Shown here piece by piece: positions 9,770-20,093 of a stretch of DNA of 64,000 bases. The notes below the pieces were generated by a model, which was not told the DNA's origin, did not search any database, and saw only the letters and a program-made list of their open reading frames with translations. This DNA comes from Alphaproteobacteria bacterium (lineage in GTDB: Bacteria > Pseudomonadota > Alphaproteobacteria > Rickettsiales > UBA8987): assembly GCA_031426355.1 (NCBI GenBank), contig JANPLD010000045.1:11121-75120 (forward strand), in the 5' to 3' direction. A program made the position numbers and the translations under genes. Positions within the stretch are counted from its first letter, which is position 1. The number at the start of each line of letters is the position of its first letter.

Positions 9770-11296
9770 TTATTTAACTACATATTCATGCCAAAGCTGC
9801 AAAATCCCTGTTTTCCAGATATAGGAAGGTGATAGTTCTTCTTTTATATCATTAAGTTCTATACTTGGTTGCTTAAGTTTTGGTATGTTGATACGTTCTT
9901 TTAATATATCCAGCATGTCAGAATTTATATGTTTCAAGGAAGTATAATTAAAATCACTATTTACATATAGCTTGGAACCCGGGACAATTTTATTATATAG
10001 ATCAAGCAGAAACTCTCCATTTTCTGTTTTAAATTCAGCTGGCATTGCAAGCGCCAATTCTATTATTCTGTTGTCTGTAAAAGGTGTGTGAGCTTCAACG
10101 CTACAACTCATAGACTGATTATCCAGATGTAAAAGTGAACTTTGATTAATAAATTTTATAAGGCTATTATTACTGCTAAAAATCTCATTCCCTCCATGTC
10201 CTGAAATGGCAACCTTCATTGAAGATGATATTTGTTTTGAGATCATATGCCATATAAACGGCTTAATCCCGGTAACCGGTTCAGACATTGCTTTGATATA
10301 GTTCTCAAGGGATTCTGTTATATTTTTTTTACTGACAAATATTTTATTATTTAAAACGCCATTTTGTTCTGCGAGCAATTCCGAATGAATTTTATTCTCC
10401 TTATCATCGTTTTCATGATGGACTGAAAAAGCTTCCAGCCCATAGTTTAAATTTTGCGCTGATAATGCGGTAACAATAGCAGATCCAGCGCCCGGCGAAA
10501 GCATTAGGCCTGATCTTACAGCAGAAACATTAATTACACTGTTTACCGAATCAGTGATTGTCTTAGTTGCTTTTTCAAGCCATTCCTTACGTGTAAGTTT
10601 TACAGGATTTGCTATGACATCATTAAAATCCTGGTAATTTTTCTGCTTAATTTTTCCATCAGGCAATATGGTCATTGCAGTTGCAGAAGGAAATTTCAAG
10701 ATACCTGAAATTATTGATAATGGTTCCGGTATAGGTTTTCCGTCCATATAATATTTAAGTGCCTCAGGAGATATTGATTTATCTATATCATTATACATAA
10801 GCATAGCCTCTAATGAGGAAGCAAATTTAAACCCTTTGTTATTAAGCGAGTAAAAAAGTGGTTTAATTCCAAAACGGTCGCGCATCACTACAAGATTACC
10901 AGTTTCAAGCTCACCGATTGCAACAGCAAACATACCATTAAAATATTTTGCGCAATCAACTCCCCAGGCATGATATGCTTTGATTATAACTTCTGTATCA
11001 CCTATGGATTTAAATTTATAGCCCATCTGAACTAACTGTTTATAAAGCTCTTGGTAATTGTGGATAACACCGTTGAAGGATACAACGAGCTTTAACTCTT
11101 CATCTAAAAAAGGCTGGGTGAAAGGTGTTGGCTCATCAGATAATTTTAACTGGCTGTGCGCTAGCGCAAAGTGTCCACCGTGATAAATTTCAGAATGATC
11201 CGGGCCTCTCGCTTTTAATTTTTCATTAACGGATCGAAGTTTGTCTATGTCTACAATATCTTTCCCAAAAATATATTCGCCCGCTATCCCGCACAT
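9770..11296 (-). CDS. AsnB/N-acetylglutaminylglutamine amidotransferase-like protein with degenerate, shortened synthetase domain
   Basis: MCGIAG Ntn start, FNGVIHNY, DTEVI, RDRFGIKPLFY; ATP loop reads LSPGAGSA instead of LSGGLDSS. Confidence 0.8.
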   Translation of the reverse strand: MCGIAGEYIFGKDIVDIDKLRSVNEKLKARGPDHSEIYHGGHFALAHSQLKLSDEPTPFTQPFLDEELKLVVSFNGVIHNYQELYKQLVQMGYKFKSIGDTEVIIKAYHAWGVDCAKYFNGMFAVAIGELETGNLVVMRDRFGIKPLFYSLNNKGFKFASSLEAMLMYNDIDKSISPEALKYYMDGKPIPEPLSIISGILKFPSATAMTILPDGKIKQKNYQDFNDVIANPVKLTRKEWLEKATKTITDSVNSVINVSAVRSGLMLSPGAGSAIVTALSAQNLNYGLEAFSVHHENDDKENKIHSELLAEQNGVLNNKIFVSKKNITESLENYIKAMSEPVTGIKPFIWHMISKQISSSMKVAISGHGGNEIFSSNNSLIKFINQSSLLHLDNQSMSCSVEAHTPFTDNRIIELALAMPAEFKTENGEFLLDLYNKIVPGSKLYVNSDFNYTSLKHINSDMLDILKERINIPKLKQPSIELNDIKEELSPSYIWKTGILQLWHEYVVK

Positions 11297-11613
11297 AATA
11301 TTCATTATTAAAGTTAATATGAATTATATGAGTATCCAAAATAAATTTCCCATAAGAACAGTAATTATATTTTCTTGATATAAAGTTGAAATGACAGTTT
11401 GATAACTTTAGATAAAGTTGCCGATCGTGAGAAGTTGCCTAAAGCACAATATGTATTTAATTAAAACGATAATGGGTTTAAAATATAGAAAAGAAATATT
11501 TATATAGCCAGCTGATACTAAATTATATTGGTATAAACCATACAAGAAAATTTTCCGACCTTGACCAGAGAAGCTTTATAAGGTATAATAGTGCTTATTG
11601 AAAATAGAAATGA

Positions 11614-11991
11614 ATGAAGATTCCGTTCGGGCGAATTTTTGGGATATTTGTGATGTTTGCTTTTATTACAGCGGCATCTTACCAGTCATTATGTGCGGCT
11701 GATATAATCCATTGTGCCCCTTGTGAAAAAAACGGGCATGAGAACAAATCGGAAACTGCCTGCAAATCATGTGAACAATCTAAAGATGTTGCGAGTTCAG
11801 TTAGCTTGACCAAATTTTCTTCTCATCACGATATAACGGAGTTTAATTATACTATTGTTGAAGAACTAGTGTTTATTTCGCCAGAATTCATCTTGCGAAA
11901 ACCACAGGAACCACCTGTTGGTTCTATCCGTACCTTTACTGAAGATATAATATCCGTAACGCCCATACGTGGCCCTTCCATCGCAGCTTAA
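11614..11991 (+). CDS. Small Cys/His-rich exported protein preceding metal efflux operon
   Basis: N-terminal hydrophobic segment; HCAPCE, ACKSCE, HH; ends IRGPS like leader genes of metal efflux loci. Confidence 0.55.
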   Translation: MKIPFGRIFGIFVMFAFITAASYQSLCAADIIHCAPCEKNGHENKSETACKSCEQSKDVASSVSLTKFSSHHDITEFNYTIVEELVFISPEFILRKPQEPPVGSIRTFTEDIISVTPIRGPSIAA

Positions 11992-12066
11992 TTAAGAGAC
12001 TTAACTTTTTATCTTTTGTGCATTTCAAATCGCGCAACTTCAAGTTTAATCCGATGGGAAATACAT

Positions 12067-13311
12067 ATGTTAAAATTCTTTTTATCCTTATCTATTATAA
12101 TATTCAGTAACGCTGCATTTGCTAAAAACTATACGGTCAAACAACTAGTGAATGAAGCGATCAGCAAGAACCATGAGATCGCTGCTTATGAAGCGGCAAT
12201 TAAAGCAACTAAAGCAAATCATTTAGTTTCAGGGAGATTACAAAACCCTGAACTTGAGTTTGGTATCGGGCGTAACAAAGTTTCTTCACCTGCTGGAAAC
12301 TCTGATGGTCTGGCTTATACCGCTTCTATTACCCAGCCGATCGATTGGCCAGGTAGGCTGAGCCTCAGGCAGGCTATAGCAAAGCGTGATGTTGAATTGG
12401 CCGAACTAGGCTTAGAGCATTTCAAATTCAATCTTGCCTCAAAAGTACGGATCCTTGCACAGAAAATTGTTGTGGGACAGTATATATCAAAAATGTCAAA
12501 ACAGAACGCTGCCCGTTATGGCAAACTTAAGGATGCGATGGATCAAAGAAAGCTTGCTGGCATTGCTCCGCAGATCGAGCTTAGTACAATAGAAGCAGCA
12601 ACTTTATCTGCTCAGTTAAAAGTGACGGAATCTGATATTAATGTGCAGGCGGATATTATGGAGCTTAAACGTATAACAGGAATGAATATAGATAAGAATA
12701 TTTCTGTAACTGGAACATCATTTAAGCTAGGTAAGCTTCCTCTTGATAAGGAGTTATTCCGTATGGCAGCAGAGAATAATTATGACATCCATATCAAGCG
12801 GTCAGAACTGGAGCAGCAGGGTTTTAAAGTGAACCTAGCAAAGAATGAGCGTTATCCGACATTTAGCACAGGGCCGTTCATTTCGCAGGAAAATGCAGAT
12901 GAAGACCAGACCGTGGTTGGCATGAATTTTTCTATTCCACTTCCGGTATGGAATAATGGTTCTGCAAAAGTAAGTTCAGCTAAAGCGCAGCAGGTACAGG
13001 CAGAAGCTAATCTGAATTTGCAGCAGCGAAATATTGAAAAACAACTGATGCAGGCCGCTTTAATATTCCGTTCCAATCAAAGCAGACTTAATGCGGCAGA
13101 TACATCATCTATCAGCAGTTCCGCGGCAGAAGCAGAAAATTATTACCAGTTGGGCAGCTTGCCTATAGCAACTTACATAACCATGCAGGATAAATATCTG
13201 GAAGCTGTTACGGCTGTAAGCAAGGCCAAGATATACGGTCTGGAAGCTGCACTGATGATAGAGGAGTTGACAGGTGCTCCCGGTAGTATCGTAAAGCTAA
13301 GGGGAAAATAA
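12067..13311 (+). CDS. TolC/CzcC-family outer membrane factor
   Basis: LQNPELE, SIPLPVWN and helical OEP repeats; start moved to MLKFF. Confidence 0.88.
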   Translation: MLKFFLSLSIIIFSNAAFAKNYTVKQLVNEAISKNHEIAAYEAAIKATKANHLVSGRLQNPELEFGIGRNKVSSPAGNSDGLAYTASITQPIDWPGRLSLRQAIAKRDVELAELGLEHFKFNLASKVRILAQKIVVGQYISKMSKQNAARYGKLKDAMDQRKLAGIAPQIELSTIEAATLSAQLKVTESDINVQADIMELKRITGMNIDKNISVTGTSFKLGKLPLDKELFRMAAENNYDIHIKRSELEQQGFKVNLAKNERYPTFSTGPFISQENADEDQTVVGMNFSIPLPVWNNGSAKVSSAKAQQVQAEANLNLQQRNIEKQLMQAALIFRSNQSRLNAADTSSISSSAAEAENYYQLGSLPIATYITMQDKYLEAVTAVSKAKIYGLEAALMIEELTGAPGSIVKLRGK

Positions 13312-13314
13312 TTT

Positions 13315-13995
13315 ATGAAATATATTATAATTACAACCATATTTTTTCTTTTCTTTAGTAGTTCTTCAATGGCGAGTGAGGAAGTTCAAGGTGATGCATT
13401 ATTTAAGAGTGGGCAAGGATTGGCTCTTACCGAAATAATGGCACAATCAATAGATCTGCAAACAACTGAAGTGGTAGAAGAAAATATAACCCCAGTGTTT
13501 TTTGTAGAGCTGCAATCATATAATAAAGGTAAAGAGATAAGCGGCTGGATAACAAGTGATAAAGCTATCCATATCAGGAAAGGTACAAGCACTACTCTTA
13601 ATACAGGTACAAAAAGCTTTAATGGCAAGGTAACTGAAATTAAAAAATCATCTTATGCCGCAGGTGGAGATTATGAGATCACTGTTCAAGCCAGCGAAGA
13701 AATAAAATCTGGAACTCCGGTCAATGCAACTTTTGTTATTCCAGTAAATAAAGGACTTCTGGTGGTTCCCAAATCATCGTTGCTAACAACGGTGGAGGGA
13801 AAATTCGTTTACGCTAAAAATGGCGATTTTTATGTTAGAACGCCTGTAAAAACCGGGAATGTCAGTAATGATAAAATTGAGATACTGGACGGTCTTTACA
13901 GTGGTGATGAAGTAGTAACAACCTCCGTGATGCAGCTGTGGCTGGCAGAGCTTCAGGCGATCCGGGGCGGTCAATCTTGCGCGGATGGGCATTAA
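13315..13995 (+). CDS. Short CzcB/CusB-like periplasmic adaptor
   Basis: LVVPKSSLL...FVY...VKTG...EILDGLYSGDEVVT membrane-proximal domain; no long alpha-hairpin apparent. Confidence 0.75.
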   Translation: MKYIIITTIFFLFFSSSSMASEEVQGDALFKSGQGLALTEIMAQSIDLQTTEVVEENITPVFFVELQSYNKGKEISGWITSDKAIHIRKGTSTTLNTGTKSFNGKVTEIKKSSYAAGGDYEITVQASEEIKSGTPVNATFVIPVNKGLLVVPKSSLLTTVEGKFVYAKNGDFYVRTPVKTGNVSNDKIEILDGLYSGDEVVTTSVMQLWLAELQAIRGGQSCADGH

Positions 13996-13998
13996 TTT

Positions 13999-16900
13999 AT
14001 GTTAGAAAAATTTATTGAGACAGGAATGAAAAATCGTATTGCAGTAATTATTGCAATGCTGGCGCTTATAGTGGTTGGTTTATGGTCTGCATCAAAGCTA
14101 CCGATAGATGCAGTGCCGGATATTACCAATCCTCAGGTGCAGATAAATACATCTGTTGCCGCACTTGCGCCGGAAGAAGTTGAGCAGCTTGTAACTTTTC
14201 CTATAGAAACGGCAATGTCTGGTATTCCGGACATGGTTGAACTACGTTCCCTTTCAAAATACGGGCTTTCGCAAGTTACAATGGTGTTCCGTGATGGCGT
14301 TGATATTTACCGTACAAGGCAGCTTGTAACAGAGCGTCTGCAAAGTATCATGGATGAACTTCCTGAAAGTGTCAGTTCTAAACTTGCACCTGTTGCAACT
14401 GGTCTGGGAGAGATATATTATTATAGCTTAGACTATACGCGGGCTGCAAAAAATAAGCCTGCTACGCGGCAAGAACAATTAATGGCATTATCACAGATAC
14501 AGCAATATCTAGTAAAGCCATTCCTCAGAAATACTAAAGGTGTTGTTGAGGTTAATACCAGCGGTGGTTATGAAAGGCAGATAGTTATCCAGCCTGACCC
14601 GGCAAGGCTTGCAATGCGTGGTCTTTCAATGGATCAACTGGCCGACATAATACGGGAAAATACCAATAATTCCGGCGGCGGCTACGTAGAAATAGGTGGT
14701 GAGCAGCTAATCGTACGTGCACCAACAAAAGTAAGTAATATTGATGAAATATTAAACCTGCCGCTGAAGTTTGCCGGAAGTGCCGAACCTATATTACTCA
14801 GTGAAGTAGCGACAATTGTTATAGGTAGTAATTTCCGTACAGGTGCAGCAACAGAAAATGGCAAGGAAGCATTGGTTGGTGCAACCATAATGCTTGCAGA
14901 TGAGAATAGTCGCCTTGTTGCAAAAGCGGTCAGGCAACGGCTTTTCGAGATACAGGAAAAACTACCAGAAGGCGTGGAAATAAAAACACTTTATGATCGC
15001 AGCGATCTTGTAAATCGTACTATAAAAACAGTTGAAAAGAACCTTGCTGAAGGTGCGATACTTGTTGTAGTCGTGCTATTCATGTTACTTGGGAACTGGC
15101 GCGCTGCATTTATCGTGGCGTTAGTTATACCATTATCAATGCTTGTCGCTATCACGGGAATGGTGAAATGGAAGCTCAGTGGAAATTTAATGAGCCTTGG
15201 CGCAATAGATTTCGGGCTTATTATAGACGGTGCAGTAGTTATGGTTGAAAACATTGTGCGAAGGCTCGGTGAAAGGCAACATCAGCTTGGGCGTGAACTT
15301 AAACCTGATGAAAGAAGAAGAGAAGTTTTGCGTTCTGCAAAAGAAGTTGCAAACCCGATGTTCTCCGGCGTTCTTATAATAACTATGGTATATTTACCGA
15401 TATTGGCTCTTCAAGGTATTGAAGGTAAAATGTTCCAGCCAATGGCGATAGTTGTGATGCTTGCCCTTGGTGGCTCACTGGTGTTAGCCCTTTTCCTTAT
15501 GCCTGTTCTTTGCTCATTTTTACTGCGTGGCAGGATTCAGGAAAGAGATAACTGGATAATAACTGCTACTAAGAGTTTTTATGAACCACTCTTGCAGTTT
15601 GGGCTTCGTAACAAAATATTGGTCATAATGCCCATGTTATTATTATTCTGCATTTCCTTATTCTTATTCAGCAGGATGGGAGCAGAGTTCATACCGCAAC
15701 TTGATGAGGGTGATTTCTCCTTACAGCTTATTCGTAGTAATAGCGCTGGTCTATCTGCATCACTGGAGCTTCAGGAAAAAAGTGAACAGGTGTTAAAGAA
15801 AAACTTTCCTGAAATTAAAGATATATTCTCACGCATCGGCACTGCGGAAGTGGCAACTGATCCTATGAACCCCAATGTAGCAGATACATATGTTATGTTA
15901 AGGCCGCGTTCAGAATGGCGGAAAATTAATGGGGATATAATTTCCAAGGAAAAACTTGGTGACCTGATGAGTAATACATTAATGAGTCAGGTACCAGGGC
16001 AAAGCGTAATGGTAACGCAGCCTATACAGATGCGTTTTAATGAAATTATGGCAGGCAGCAGGGCTGACCTAGTATGTAAGATATTCGGGGATGATTACGA
16101 GCAGCTTGAAAAACTGGCAGGGGAAGTGCTGGCCGTGATAAAATCTATTCACGGTGGTTCTGAAAGTAGTTTTGATAATATTGGTAAAAATCCTTCAATT
16201 GAAATTCATCCCAAGCGTGATGAAATGAGAATGCGAAATGTTCATGCTGATGATCTTAACCGTATTGTTGAAACGGCATTAGCAGGCAAGGAAGTTGGAA
16301 CTATGATAGAGGGTAATCGTCGCTCACACATTGTTGTAAGGCTCACTGAGCAAAAGCGTACTGACCTTGATGCGATCAAACGTCTGCCAATATACACTAA
16401 AGATGATTACATGCTTACGCTTGGCGAAGTTGCAGAAGTAAAGTTGGTTGACCAGCCAGTACAGATCGCAAGGGAAGATACACAAAGGCGTGTAAGTATC
16501 CTGATAAATGTTAAAGATAGGGATACACAAGGGTTTGTTGAACAGGCAAGCCGTATTTTGCACCAGAAAGTTAAAATGCCTGATGGATATTATTTTGAAT
16601 TTGGCGGACAGTTCAAAAATCTTGTAGAAGCAAAGCAGCGTCTAGTGATTGTTGTACCAATGGCACTACTGCTTATATTCGGACTTATCTATTTAAGCTT
16701 CCGTTCATTCAAACAGGCATTACTTATTTTTATATGCGTTCCACTGGCGATAACTGGCGGTATCTTTGCACTTTATTTACGGGGGATGCCATTTACCATA
16801 TCGGCTGCTGTAGGATTTATTGCACTTAGTGGCATTGCTGTTCTTAACGGCATTATGCTTATCAGTTTTATCAATCAGTTACGCAGTGAAGGAAGAAATG

Positions 16901-17154
16901 TACGTGAAGCTGTTGTTGAAGGAACCCTGACAAGACTACGCCCAAAACTTATGACAGCACTGGTTGCATCACTGGGTTTCGTACCAATGGCAATTGCAAC
17001 CGGTGCCGGTGCTGAAGTTCAGCAACCTATAGCTACTGTCGTAATAGGTGGTATCATAACATCGACATTTCTGACCTTACTTATAGTACCTGTACTCTAT
17101 GACTGGATCGAGAATAACTCCCGACTTAAACAACTGAAAAAGGAAATCACATGA
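13999..17154 (+). CDS. CzcA/CusA-family heavy-metal efflux RND permease
   Basis: LPIDAVPDITNPQVQI, SLGAIDFGLIIDGAVVMVEN, RLRPKLMTALVASLGFVPMA. Confidence 0.95.
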   Translation: MLEKFIETGMKNRIAVIIAMLALIVVGLWSASKLPIDAVPDITNPQVQINTSVAALAPEEVEQLVTFPIETAMSGIPDMVELRSLSKYGLSQVTMVFRDGVDIYRTRQLVTERLQSIMDELPESVSSKLAPVATGLGEIYYYSLDYTRAAKNKPATRQEQLMALSQIQQYLVKPFLRNTKGVVEVNTSGGYERQIVIQPDPARLAMRGLSMDQLADIIRENTNNSGGGYVEIGGEQLIVRAPTKVSNIDEILNLPLKFAGSAEPILLSEVATIVIGSNFRTGAATENGKEALVGATIMLADENSRLVAKAVRQRLFEIQEKLPEGVEIKTLYDRSDLVNRTIKTVEKNLAEGAILVVVVLFMLLGNWRAAFIVALVIPLSMLVAITGMVKWKLSGNLMSLGAIDFGLIIDGAVVMVENIVRRLGERQHQLGRELKPDERRREVLRSAKEVANPMFSGVLIITMVYLPILALQGIEGKMFQPMAIVVMLALGGSLVLALFLMPVLCSFLLRGRIQERDNWIITATKSFYEPLLQFGLRNKILVIMPMLLLFCISLFLFSRMGAEFIPQLDEGDFSLQLIRSNSAGLSASLELQEKSEQVLKKNFPEIKDIFSRIGTAEVATDPMNPNVADTYVMLRPRSEWRKINGDIISKEKLGDLMSNTLMSQVPGQSVMVTQPIQMRFNEIMAGSRADLVCKIFGDDYEQLEKLAGEVLAVIKSIHGGSESSFDNIGKNPSIEIHPKRDEMRMRNVHADDLNRIVETALAGKEVGTMIEGNRRSHIVVRLTEQKRTDLDAIKRLPIYTKDDYMLTLGEVAEVKLVDQPVQIAREDTQRRVSILINVKDRDTQGFVEQASRILHQKVKMPDGYYFEFGGQFKNLVEAKQRLVIVVPMALLLIFGLIYLSFRSFKQALLIFICVPLAITGGIFALYLRGMPFTISAAVGFIALSGIAVLNGIMLISFINQLRSEGRNVREAVVEGTLTRLRPKLMTALVASLGFVPMAIATGAGAEVQQPIATVVIGGIITSTFLTLLIVPVLYDWIENNSRLKQLKKEIT

Positions 17155-17594
17155 AAAAACTATATGCACTATTTGTAATAATGGCTTTAGGCATTGCACC
17201 TTTAATAGCGGTGGATGCATATGCAGAAGTAAAAGCAGGCCCACGTAAAGGTCTTATTATGGAAATCCCAGACAAAAATGCCGAATTTTTTGTTGAGAAA
17301 GACCGCAAGATAAGCATAGCATTTTATGATTCCGCAATGAAGCCTGTTGCACCTGCAAGTGAAGTAATAACAGCAATTGCAGAAGCAACATCCGGTAAAA
17401 CCAAAATGGAATTTGAAAAGCAAGGTGATAAATTTGTTTCAAAAACAGCATTACCTGAAGGAGAAAATTATCAGGTGGTAATACAAATAAAACCTTCGGA
17501 AAATGCAAAGCCTAAAAATTTCAGAATAAAATATTTATCCCATATATGTGGGGAGTGCCACAATCCTGAGTATGCTTGTATTTGTAGGCATTAA
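17151..17594 (+). CDS. Periplasmic putative metal-binding protein
   Basis: Signal peptide; C-terminal HICGECHNPEYACICRH; overlaps the czcA-like stop. Confidence 0.65.
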   Translation: MKKLYALFVIMALGIAPLIAVDAYAEVKAGPRKGLIMEIPDKNAEFFVEKDRKISIAFYDSAMKPVAPASEVITAIAEATSGKTKMEFEKQGDKFVSKTALPEGENYQVVIQIKPSENAKPKNFRIKYLSHICGECHNPEYACICRH

Positions 17595-17684
17595 TTATGA
17601 TAGATAATTAATGCGGTTTTGAACAATTAAAGAAATTTTATTGAAAAGTTAGTTTATATTTATTAACTGGAATACTACTAACAA

Positions 17685-17729
17685 TGGTGGGATCGAGAGG
17701 ATTCAAACCTCCGGCCTACGGTTTAGGAA
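17685..17729 (-). mobile_element. Site A: 3' half of tRNA-Arg(CCU), allele with CGATCCC acceptor (attR-like)
   Basis: Minus strand TTCCTAAACCGTAGGCCGGAGGTTTGAATCCTCTCGATCCCACCA; no 5' half upstream. Confidence 0.9.
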
Positions 17730-17850
17730 TTTAGATAATTCATTTATCCTAACCTATCAGGCTTTTGCCTAATCTATCATAAGCAACTGAAATGTAAAAC
17801 CAATCTTTTGCACCAGTTTTCTTCGGTCTTTACCGAGTACCCTGTATAAA

Positions 17851-17902
17851 AGTTACTATACAGTTACTAATGCAAAGTTACTAACCGGAGAAAAGTTACT
17901 AA
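17851..17902. repeat. Four AGTTACTA repeats (arm-type sites of site A)
   Basis: AGTTACTA at 17851, 17862, 17876, 17894. Confidence 0.85.
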
Positions 17903-17940
17903 TTGTACTTATCTACTTACTTTTTAGGCAAATCTTAAGA

Positions 17941-18207
17941 TTAATTTCTAATTCTAGTGTTATCTATTTCTATTGCTTTTGGTCTAAGTGGTTCCTGATA
18001 AGTACCTTCTGCCACTCTTTTTGCTATATCCTTTCCTCTTATTGCAACTTCCTCACTAGTTAAGGATATCTCGGGTGGCTCAATATTTATACCTTTATAA
18101 AAGATTATCTTGAAAGAATATAATTCATAAAATTGAAATAAAGCCTTTAAGTATGCAGGATCTTTTTCTCCGTTAGCATATCCACTTGCTTCTGGCTTTT
18201 CTGGCAT
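17941..18207 (-). CDS. Hypothetical protein, possibly C-terminal fragment
   Basis: 88 aa ORF enclosed by a 42-bp direct repeat. Confidence 0.4.
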   Translation of the reverse strand: MPEKPEASGYANGEKDPAYLKALFQFYELYSFKIIFYKGINIEPPEISLTSEEVAIRGKDIAKRVAEGTYQEPLRPKAIEIDNTRIRN

Positions 18208-18217
18208 AGGAGTTACC

Positions 18218-18259
18218 CAGTTACTAATGTAAAGTTACTAACCGGAGAAAAGTTACTAA
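18218..18259. repeat. Second copy of 42-bp arm repeat (17861-17902), one mismatch
   Basis: CAGTTACTAATG(C/T)AAAGTTACTAACCGGAGAAAAGTTACTAA. Confidence 0.92.
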
Positions 18260-18270
18260 ATACTAATATA

Positions 18271-19293
18271 TTATAATCCCAAGCCATCAGTTAGGTTATT
18301 TATTTTGCCTTTCATAACAGGGCTATATAATTTATTTACCAAAGAAGGTAGTAAAGCGTCATTGGTTACTAACTCAGATAAATTATCTCCATCCTGCTTT
18401 AAGGTATCTAAAATAGTGTTGATATTTTTTGCTATTTCAGGTGTCCAGTTTACTGCAGGATTATCCGTCATAATGCTTGAAAACCCTACTATTTCTTGAT
18501 TCTCTGCTTTAAATCCTTTTAAAAATTTTATTTCTTCAGGAGTTAAGCCTTCATTATCAAAATCTTTTAATTTCTTTATGGTATTAGCGATTTCAGTATA
18601 TTCATCGCAGCTTAGCTGTTTTTTTGGATCTAAAATTGCATTTTCTATTTTGGGTTTACGATCCATATTTTTATAGCCGCCTCTATTCGGCAGCCCTAAT
18701 TCCTTTGCAAAGCCATCGGTAAAATCTGTAACATTTTCTTCAATTCTCTGAAAACTAGCAGTAGTTTCTCTAAGGATTTTTTCCGCACTATCTTTATCAA
18801 CGCTGAACTGCTTTGCGTAGTTTTCATAGTCTCCAAATATGCCGGAAGCATGAGTAAGCTCATGAAAAAAACGCTCTATAGATGGTGAATAACTAACTTC
18901 AGGGTCAGAGGTATTTTGAGCAACCTCCTGATTAAAATTTACTACTACATAACGTATATTTTTGTGTCCAATATCTTGTGGGCGCAAAATTCCTATTCCA
19001 TGCTTTTCAGCTATTTCCTCCCGTGCAAATGGCGTTATTCCAACTGGTATGAAATCAAAGCGGTTCCTTATTTCCGGGCTGGCCTGGACACTTTCATTGA
19101 ATCCAAAAACTTCCAATTTTTCATTCCTGCCTGTACCATCATTAAATAATGCATTGTCCTTAATGTACTTAAATACATCTTGACCTTTATCGCTATTTTC
19201 AATGGTGCATAACCATGCTTCCAAAGCATCTCTTACTTCTGGTATAGCGCAATTTATAGTTATTACATCTTCCCAGTTTATTTTATCCGGCAT
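18271..19293 (-). CDS. Hypothetical protein with HExxH zinc-metallopeptidase motif
   Basis: 340 aa; FFHELTHASG followed by EENVTDFTDGFAKELG. Confidence 0.6.
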   Translation of the reverse strand: MPDKINWEDVITINCAIPEVRDALEAWLCTIENSDKGQDVFKYIKDNALFNDGTGRNEKLEVFGFNESVQASPEIRNRFDFIPVGITPFAREEIAEKHGIGILRPQDIGHKNIRYVVVNFNQEVAQNTSDPEVSYSPSIERFFHELTHASGIFGDYENYAKQFSVDKDSAEKILRETTASFQRIEENVTDFTDGFAKELGLPNRGGYKNMDRKPKIENAILDPKKQLSCDEYTEIANTIKKLKDFDNEGLTPEEIKFLKGFKAENQEIVGFSSIMTDNPAVNWTPEIAKNINTILDTLKQDGDNLSELVTNDALLPSLVNKLYSPVMKGKINNLTDGLGL

Positions 19294-19335
19294 AATTCAA
19301 ATATTATATTGGAATGTAAGTTTACCACAAAAAGG

Positions 19336-19350
19336 TTAATATGCAGTTAA
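19336..19350 (-). promoter_or_regulatory. CtrA-type box TTAA-N7-TTAAC
   Basis: Minus strand TTAActgcataTTAAC, 43 bp upstream of the 340 aa ORF. Confidence 0.5.
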
Positions 19351-19585
19351 TCTTAAGGTTTATTTGTATATGTTATTCAAATTGATCATGCCAATTAGGT
19401 TATAATTTCTTTATTTATCACCACATAGCCTGCTGTATCATAACCCACTGAAACGTAGTAATATTCCCTTGTTTTTGCCTCTGGATGCAATATCTGGTGG
19501 CTATAAGGAATTATTATAAATTATGCCGGTAGCACATATTACAAAGAAGTTTGTTGATGGAATTAAATATCAGGGGAAGCAGGAG

Positions 19586-19828
19586 TTATTCCACGACAAT
19601 AAGTCCAGCTACAAATGCCGCAATCCCTTCCGTTATGCCTAGATTTGTAAAATGCGCTAGGGTTAATGCAGGAAACTCCCAAACTGTTACGCCCTTTATT
19701 AATTCTCCAAATAAGGTATCGCGGGCGCTAACCATTTCATTTTGATACTCGCGCATTTTAGGCACCAACTCAGTAGCTATTAATTTTGTAATAGCATCAG
19801 AAACGTTGTCGTTATTTATCTCATCCAT
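19586..19828 (-). pseudogene. Hypothetical protein fragment
   Basis: 80 aa ORF back-to-back with a truncated PLD gene; looks like a C-terminal remnant. Confidence 0.35.
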
Positions 19829-19839
19829 TTCAGCGGCTA

Positions 19840-20067
19840 ATGGATGATGCTGGAATTCCTATCCGCATCAATCGAAAATATTCAATAATGCATAATAAAT
19901 TTCTGGTTATAGATGGCCATACCGTTGAAACAGGAAGCTTCAATTATAGCGCAAATGCGGAGAAACGTAACGCCGAGAATGTAATAGTGATAAGAAATAA
20001 TGCGAATCTGGCTAAAAGATACCTTGAAAATTGGCAGAAATTATGGAATGAAGGCGAGGATTATTAG
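19840..20067 (+). pseudogene. Nuc-like phospholipase D family nuclease, C-terminal half
   Basis: HNKFLVIDGHTVETGSFNYS HKD motif and NAENVIVI; N-terminal half missing. Confidence 0.85.
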
Positions 20068-20093
20068 CTATCTTGAAAAGCTAATGTCAATTC

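Noticed and set aside
17851-18259. GTTACTA repeats as a CRISPR array or plasmid iterons
   Set aside because: Repeats are 7-8 bp with 3-10 bp gaps; no spacers, cas genes or rep gene
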